NCBI GenBank assembly: GCA_043822925.1
Contig: JBDRBF010000040.1
Span: 1 to 22,241, forward strand
From: a bacterium
GTDB taxonomy: Bacteria > Babelota > Babeliae > Babelales > RVW-14
Length of the DNA: 22,241 nt
Reading direction: 5' to 3'
The notes under the pieces: generated by a model
Told to the model about the DNA's origin: nothing
Seen by the model: the letters and a program-made list of their open reading frames with translations, nothing else
The model's database searches: none
In this document: positions 16,547 to 22,241 of the stretch, piece by piece
Position numbering within the stretch: position 1 is the first letter of the stretch
Layout of the letters: each line of letters begins with the position of its first letter
Translations under genes and position numbers: made by a program

Positions 16547-16831
16547 ATGGTTAGACCAAGAAAAACCAGGATTATGAGGGGTATCCCATGCGTTTCTTAT
16601 TTTAAGCCACAGGGAATTCCTCTCCGTTCTCTTGATGAAATAACACTTTTGTCTGATGAGTTTGAAGCTTTAAAATTATATACTATTGATGAACTTGATC
16701 AGACAGCGGCTGCTCAAAAAATGGGCATTTCACAGCCAACTTTTGCGCGTATATTGCAACGCGCAAATAAAAAAATTGCACAAGCAATTGTGTATGGCAT
16801 GGCAATAAGAATAGAAACCGAAAATTATTAG
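16547..16831 (+). CDS. DUF134 (UPF0251) HTH DNA-binding protein
   Basis: MVRPRK.R, YFKPQG, DEFEALKL, LDQ..AA.KMGISQPTF.RIL.RA.KKIA.A. Confidence 0.92.
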   Translation: MVRPRKTRIMRGIPCVSYFKPQGIPLRSLDEITLLSDEFEALKLYTIDELDQTAAAQKMGISQPTFARILQRANKKIAQAIVYGMAIRIETENY

Positions 16832-16843
16832 GCGTAAAACTAT

Positions 16844-17422
16844 TTAAAGTAATCGCTGTAGCTTTTCCAAGTCTTGTTTATGCTCTACTTCGTCGTTAAA
16901 TATTTCAAGAATAATATCATGTGTTTTTGTATCTTTTGCGTTTTCGGTCATATTTAAAAGATCTTGATAAAAATCCATAGCACATTGTTCGCCTTTAATG
17001 TTTTCTTTAAGTATTGAGATTACATGAGTATTAGTGATTGAATCATAATGACAATGGCCGTGTTTTTTCCAATCTTGGGGGAATATGCGAAAGTCTCCGT
17101 CAAGTTCAATTAGGCGCGTTGCGATCATATTAGCATGTCGTAGTTCATCGTGGTAGTGTTCTGTTAGTTCAGCAATTATTACTGATGTTTTTTCTCCCTG
17201 AACTAATTTGGCTGCCATCCAGTACTGATAGCCAGCCATCCATTCATCGGCAAAAGCGGTAACTAATTTACTAATAAGCTGCTTTTTGTAATTTTCGTCT
17301 AATGTGAGTGGATTTTTTTGATGGTCTTGTTTTGTGCTTATTTTAGCTTTTTCCCAAGAAAAATAATATGTTACTAACAATGCAATAACGCAAAAGATCA
17401 AAAGAGAAATGCCTGTTTTCAT
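16844..17422 (-). CDS. DPS-like (DPSL)/bacterioferritin-related protein with N-terminal hydrophobic anchor
   Basis: A.ADEW.A.YQYW, di-iron ligands E60, E93xxH96, E145, E178xxH181; Cys124 and Cys147; AAGGGG upstream of the ATG. Confidence 0.85.
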   Translation of the reverse strand: MKTGISLLIFCVIALLVTYYFSWEKAKISTKQDHQKNPLTLDENYKKQLISKLVTAFADEWMAGYQYWMAAKLVQGEKTSVIIAELTEHYHDELRHANMIATRLIELDGDFRIFPQDWKKHGHCHYDSITNTHVISILKENIKGEQCAMDFYQDLLNMTENAKDTKTHDIILEIFNDEVEHKQDLEKLQRLL

Positions 17423-17471
17423 AAAAAGTGCCCCTTTATGAATAGAAATGGATTAATCAAAAAATAACATG

Positions 17472-20036
17472 TTAGGCTTGCACAATAAATTTATCTGCTT
17501 TTATATCGATTGTTATATTTTTTGTATCAGCATGCTCAATAAGAAAACGAGCGATTGGTGCTGCAATTTCTGATTGAATTACGCGTTTAAGCGGGCGTGC
17601 TCCAAACTCAGCGCTATATCCACGTTTGGCGATTTCGGTTGATGCTGCTTTTGTTATGGTTAACGAGACTTCTTTTATAGATAGGCGCTTAATAAACTCG
17701 TTTAATTGTAATTGGGTGATTTTTTCTATATCTGTTTTACTGAGCATTTTAAAATAGATAATTGCATCAAGGCGATTGAGAAATTCTGGTCTGAACATTT
17801 TGTTGAGCAAAACTTCTATTTTTTCTTTTGTAGCAGGTGTGATTTCTGGGCTTTTAAGTAACAAATCAGAGCCGATATTAGACGTCATGATTATAATACA
17901 GTTCTTGAATGAAACAGTACGGCCCTGACTGTCTGTAAGGCGACCTTCATCAAGAATTTGTAAAAATACATTGAAAACATCAGGGTGAGCTTTTTCTATT
18001 TCATCGAATAATACGATACTATATGGGTTGTGCCGTACTTGTTCTGTGAGCTGGCCACCTTCTTCGTACCCTATATATCCTGGGGGAGCTCCGATCAGGC
18101 GAGATACTGCGTGTGCTTCCATATATTCAGACATATCTATGCGTATGATGCGTTGAGGGTCATCGAATAAAAAACCGGCAAGTGTTCGTGCGACTTCTGT
18201 TTTGCCAACTCCTGTGGGCCCGAGAAAAATAAAAGAGCCAATCGGTTTGTTTGGATCGCTTAGTCCTGCTCTGTGTATTTGAATAGATTCGACGATCTTA
18301 TCTATTGCTTCATCTTGGCCGATAACGTTATTTTTAAGAACGCTTCCCATGGTGAGTAATTTTTCAGATTCTGATGCTTTGAGTTTTTCGACGGGGATTT
18401 TTGTGCTTCTGGAAACAATGGTTGCAATATCTTCTACATCGACAGATTGTTTAACGAGTTTTGTTGGCATAGAATCAAGTTTTTGTTGTTGTTTTTCAAT
18501 CTCTTTTTGTAACTTGGCTATATTTTCATATTTGATTTCAGAAGCTTTGGCATAGTCTCCGTATTTTTCTGCTTGCTGAAATTCGATGGTTTTTTGTTCG
18601 AGCTTTTCTTTGAGATCATTCATTTTTTCAAGTGGTATTTTTTCGGCTTTCCAGGTGCTTAATAGTTGTGCATGTTCTTCTTTTAGTTGTGCGAGTTCTT
18701 GATCAAGTTTTTTTAAGCGTGCTTGGGCTATTTCATCTTTTTCTTTGCTCAGTGCTATTTTTTCAATCTCAATTTGACGAATCCTGCGGTCAAGTTTATC
18801 TATTTCTTCTGGTTGGGAATCTATAGACATTTTAACCATAGCTGCCGCTTCATCAATAAGATCGATGGCTTTATCTGGTAAAAAACGATCTGGTATATTT
18901 TTTGCTGAAAGTTGGACAGCGCTGACAATAGCCTGATCTTTGATGCGTACGCCATGGTGGAGCTCATATCGTTCTTTGAGTCCGCGTAAAATTGAGATAG
19001 CATCTTCTATTGTTGGTTCTTCTACAAGAACTTTTTGAAACCTACGTTCAAGCGCTGCATCTTTTTCGATGTATTTTTTATATTCAACAAGTGTTGTTGC
19101 GCCAATGCAGTGCAAAGTACCGCGGGCCAGTTCAGGTTTGAGAAGATTTGAGGCATCCATGCCGCCAGATCCTGATGCTCCCGCGCCAACAAGCATGTGT
19201 AATTCGTCAATAAATAATATAATATTTCCGGCAGCATCTTTTATTTCTTTCAAGACGCCTTTAAGCCTACTTTCAAATTCACCCTGATATTTAGCTCCGG
19301 CAATAAGTAAGCCTAAATCAAGAGAGTAAATTTCTTTATTTTGTAATACTTCAGGTACGTCGTTATTTACAATTCGCTGCGCTATGCCCTCGACAATTGC
19401 CGTTTTGCCAACCCCTGGTTCACCAATGAGCACTGGGTTGTTTTTTGTTCTACGAGATAAAATTTGGAGCACGCGGCGAATTTCTTCATGTCGACCAATA
19501 ACAGGATCTAATTTTCCGTTTCGGGCAAGTTCCGTAATATTGTGACAATAGAGATCGAGCGTTTTGTTTTGTGATTCTGCATCACTGGCTTGACTGGTTT
19601 TTCCTTTTCTAGCCGATTTTACATAATTTGTAACGGTTTGTGTTGTGAATTTTGATTCAGAGAAAAAGCTTCTAATTTTGTCAGGCAAGTACAATGTTTT
19701 TGCCACTTCTATAAGAATATGTTCAAGCCCAATATACGTGTCACCTAAAGTATCAGCCTCTTTTTTGCAATTTTGCAGGAATTCATGAAAAATACCGTCG
19801 ATCTCTGTTCTGCCCGTCACACTTTTTTCTGAAGCATCAAGTTCTTGTTCGACAAGAAAAAATAGTTTTTCAGTATCAACGCCGAGTGCCTGGAAAAAAG
19901 AACGGCAAAATTGTTCATGTAGGCTTACTGCGAGTATATGTAATGGCATTACCAGTGCATGTCGATATTCACGTCCTAGTTCGACACTTTGTTTGATAAG
20001 TTCGTGACTTGCTTTTGTAAAATGCTGAACATTCAT
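17472..20036 (-). CDS. clpB: ClpB disaggregase
   Basis: N-domain, [13 protein letters not shown], long coiled-coil M domain, [20 protein letters not shown]; 854 aa. Confidence 0.95.
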   Translation of the reverse strand: MNVQHFTKASHELIKQSVELGREYRHALVMPLHILAVSLHEQFCRSFFQALGVDTEKLFFLVEQELDASEKSVTGRTEIDGIFHEFLQNCKKEADTLGDTYIGLEHILIEVAKTLYLPDKIRSFFSESKFTTQTVTNYVKSARKGKTSQASDAESQNKTLDLYCHNITELARNGKLDPVIGRHEEIRRVLQILSRRTKNNPVLIGEPGVGKTAIVEGIAQRIVNNDVPEVLQNKEIYSLDLGLLIAGAKYQGEFESRLKGVLKEIKDAAGNIILFIDELHMLVGAGASGSGGMDASNLLKPELARGTLHCIGATTLVEYKKYIEKDAALERRFQKVLVEEPTIEDAISILRGLKERYELHHGVRIKDQAIVSAVQLSAKNIPDRFLPDKAIDLIDEAAAMVKMSIDSQPEEIDKLDRRIRQIEIEKIALSKEKDEIAQARLKKLDQELAQLKEEHAQLLSTWKAEKIPLEKMNDLKEKLEQKTIEFQQAEKYGDYAKASEIKYENIAKLQKEIEKQQQKLDSMPTKLVKQSVDVEDIATIVSRSTKIPVEKLKASESEKLLTMGSVLKNNVIGQDEAIDKIVESIQIHRAGLSDPNKPIGSFIFLGPTGVGKTEVARTLAGFLFDDPQRIIRIDMSEYMEAHAVSRLIGAPPGYIGYEEGGQLTEQVRHNPYSIVLFDEIEKAHPDVFNVFLQILDEGRLTDSQGRTVSFKNCIIIMTSNIGSDLLLKSPEITPATKEKIEVLLNKMFRPEFLNRLDAIIYFKMLSKTDIEKITQLQLNEFIKRLSIKEVSLTITKAASTEIAKRGYSAEFGARPLKRVIQSEIAAPIARFLIEHADTKNITIDIKADKFIVQA

Positions 20037-20208
20037 ATTATTTTCCTCTTAAAATTATTAATTTAATTAGAAGCTTAAGAAATAAAGGTCCAAGAAGTAA
20101 ACAGTTGTGAATAAAAAGTAGCTTTAATTATCGTTGCTTGCAAGCGTGTAGGCATATTTACTATCTTTTAGAATGTCGATTAATCTTAAGCTTAAAAAGG
20201 AGCTCGCT

Positions 20209-22241
20209 GTGAAGTATTCTGATGCGTCTATTAAAGATTTTTCTTCTGTTCTAAAAGAGCTGAGCAGCACACTTCATGGTCTTCCTTTAGCCGAAGCAAA
20301 AATGCGATTGACAACCTATGGGCTTAACGAAATAGAGACATATCGAGCCGAGTTATACACGCTTTTATTTAAACAGTTCAAATCACCATTTGTTGTGCTA
20401 CTTATACTTGCGAGTTTTATTTCTCTTGTGATAGGAGAAGTAAGTAATGCTTTTATTATTATATTATTTGTAGTAATTAACGTTGTTTTAGGTTTTTTTC
20501 ATGAGGCGCGGGCTCATAAGGCGGCGGCTCTTTTAAAGAAGAAAATTCCATCGAAAACCACTATTTTACGTGCTAATAAAAAAATTATTATAGATAAAGA
20601 ATTCTTAGTTCCTGGTGATATTGTATTTCTCAACCAATGGGATATTGTGTCTGCCGATCTGAGAATCATGCAAGCAGATAATTTATTGGTTGATGAATCA
20701 ATGCTCTCTGGTGAATCAACTCATGCGATCAAGACATCAGATGTGCTTAAACACGAGGCTGATACGGTGTTTCGAGCGAAAAACATACTCTTTGCTGGAT
20801 CAATGGTTGCTTCAGGATATGCTACTGGCATTGTGATAGCAACGGGAAAAGATACGGTATTTGGTGAGATTGCCAAATTTGTGACAGCCATAAGTCCTGA
20901 AAGTAATTATGGGAAAGAGTTACAGTTACTTTACTGGGCTATTCTCAAGATTGTTCTTGTTTCGATTATTGTTCTTTTTATTGCTCATTTAGTTATTAAA
21001 GGGCCAACGCATTTGGTTGGATTTACTATTTTTGTTATAGCATTGATTGTGGGTATAGTTCCAGAGGCCTTGCCTACGGTTGCTACGTTTTCGCTATCGT
21101 TGGGCGCACTTAAATTGGCAAAAAAGCATGTGATTGTTAAGCGGCTTGGGGCTATTGAAGATTTGGGTGATATTGAAATTTTATGTACCGATAAAACGGG
21201 AACACTTACAGAAAATAAACTTTCACTTGAACATGTTTTTTCTGATGATCCTCAAAAATGTTTACTCTTTGGTCTTTTGGGACAGGGAGCGTCAAAGACA
21301 TCGTTTGATTTTGCGTTGGAAAAAAATGCGCCAAAAGATGTTACTCAAAAACTACATGAATACAAAGTTATCTCAGCAAATTCATTTGATTCTTTTAGAA
21401 TGAGTAGCAGCATTATGGTGCGTCATATATCGGGCAAGCATTTTTTGATTGTTAAGGGAGCGCTCGAAAAACTTATTAAGATATCAGTAAATCTTACTGA
21501 TACTCAAAAAAATGAACTAGAAAAACAGCTTGCCCATGAGGGGATGGCTGGGCGAAGAACGCTTGCGATTGCTTTTAAAGAGTGTGTATTATCTGATATT
21601 TGTGTAAAAAATGAAACACAGGTAACTTTTTTAGGTTTTTTTTCATTTATTGATCCATTAAAAAAACAAAGTAAACAGACGATTGACGCAGCACGGCAAT
21701 TGGGGCTAACGGTAAAAATATTAACGGGTGACAATAAAGATGTTTCTGTGGCTGTTGGTAAAGAAATAGGTCTTGTCTCAGGGGTTGATCAGGCGATATC
21801 GGGGGAAGAGCTTGAAGCTTTGTCTGTTAAGGATTTTCAAGAGGCCTGTGAAAAATTTTCAATTTTTACGAGAGTGTCGCCAAAAATAAAACATAGAATT
21901 ATTAAAGAGTTGCAAAAGAAACATAATGTTGGCTTTTTAGGTGATGGTATAAATGATGCTCCTGCTCTAAAGCTAGCTCATGTTGGCATAACGGTTAAAG
22001 AAGCAGTTGATGTGGCGCGAGAAGCCTCAGATATTATCCTGCTCAGAAAAGATCTTATGGTGCTTGTTGAGGGAATAAAAGAGGGGAGAATAATTTTTGC
22101 CAATATTAACAAATTTATTGTATGTACTTTGATTAGTAATTTTGGAAACTGTTATTCGATGGCTCTGGTTTCTCTCATGTTGCCATTTATTCCCATTTTA
22201 CCCATACAAATTTTACTTGTTAATATGTTGTCAGATTTACC
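20209..22241 (+). CDS. P-type ATPase, MgtA-like cation (Mg2+) transporter; truncated by window end
   Basis: GTG 20209 after AAAGGAG; in-frame YGLNEI, LVPGD, DESMLSGES, VPEALP, LCTDKTGTLTEN (21181), ILTGD, GDGINDA, SNFGN. Absent from the ORF track because there is no stop in the window. Confidence 0.92.
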   Translation, partial: MKYSDASIKDFSSVLKELSSTLHGLPLAEAKMRLTTYGLNEIETYRAELYTLLFKQFKSPFVVLLILASFISLVIGEVSNAFIIILFVVINVVLGFFHEARAHKAAALLKKKIPSKTTILRANKKIIIDKEFLVPGDIVFLNQWDIVSADLRIMQADNLLVDESMLSGESTHAIKTSDVLKHEADTVFRAKNILFAGSMVASGYATGIVIATGKDTVFGEIAKFVTAISPESNYGKELQLLYWAILKIVLVSIIVLFIAHLVIKGPTHLVGFTIFVIALIVGIVPEALPTVATFSLSLGALKLAKKHVIVKRLGAIEDLGDIEILCTDKTGTLTENKLSLEHVFSDDPQKCLLFGLLGQGASKTSFDFALEKNAPKDVTQKLHEYKVISANSFDSFRMSSSIMVRHISGKHFLIVKGALEKLIKISVNLTDTQKNELEKQLAHEGMAGRRTLAIAFKECVLSDICVKNETQVTFLGFFSFIDPLKKQSKQTIDAARQLGLTVKILTGDNKDVSVAVGKEIGLVSGVDQAISGEELEALSVKDFQEACEKFSIFTRVSPKIKHRIIKELQKKHNVGFLGDGINDAPALKLAHVGITVKEAVDVAREASDIILLRKDLMVLVEGIKEGRIIFANINKFIVCTLISNFGNCYSMALVSLMLPFIPILPIQILLVNMLSDL

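Noticed and set aside
20037-20208. Heat-shock operator or Mg2+ riboswitch between clpB and the ATPase
   Set aside because: No CIRCE, CtsR or HAIR motif recognised; only short palindromes (GCTTGCAAGC, TTAAGCTTAA) compatible with chance.
116-21734. Short antisense or alternate-frame ORFs (e.g. 116-373, 3213-3494, 7228-7530, 12474-12755, 18349-19287, 21134-21403, 21504-21734)
   Set aside because: They lie within well-supported genes and show no recognisable motifs; shadow ORFs.
1-22241. CRISPR array, rRNA, IS transposase or known defence system
   Set aside because: No repeat-spacer pattern or such genes seen; the MBL protein looks like a housekeeping beta-CASP RNase.

Overview
AT-rich bacterial chromosome segment, mostly + strand. 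Order: zwf, short gnd, cyclase-family hydrolase, VIT1/CCC1 transporter, a signal/TM-bearing MutS-ATPase-domain protein, tRNA-Phe(GAA), ffh-rpsP-khpA-trmD-rplS (no rimM; TrmD fused to a second, Tm1570-type SPOUT domain), a lipoprotein and two small membrane proteins, an unannotated ~183-nt rod-shaped RNA candidate, tRNA-Gln(CTG), a secreted GH29 alpha-L-fucosidase, a PLP D-cysteine desulfhydrase-like enzyme, an MBL/beta-CASP nuclease, DUF5320-DUF134 behind a perfect palindrome, a DPS-like ferritin and clpB (both minus strand), and an MgtA-like P-type ATPase running off the end (absent from the ORF track). Gene style suggests a Dependentiae/Babeliales (TM6)-like host-associated bacterium; this is inference only. 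Most notable: the 6S-like rod at 11437-11619, whose 5' arm is a 28/33 copy of the 5' half of the neighbouring tRNA-Gln. Also notable: export signals on several normally cytosolic enzymes, a His->Asn change in the G6PD RIDHYLGKE motif, a cyclase where a lactonase would be expected, and a candidate DUF134 operator. All calls are by eye; no searches or folding programs were run.
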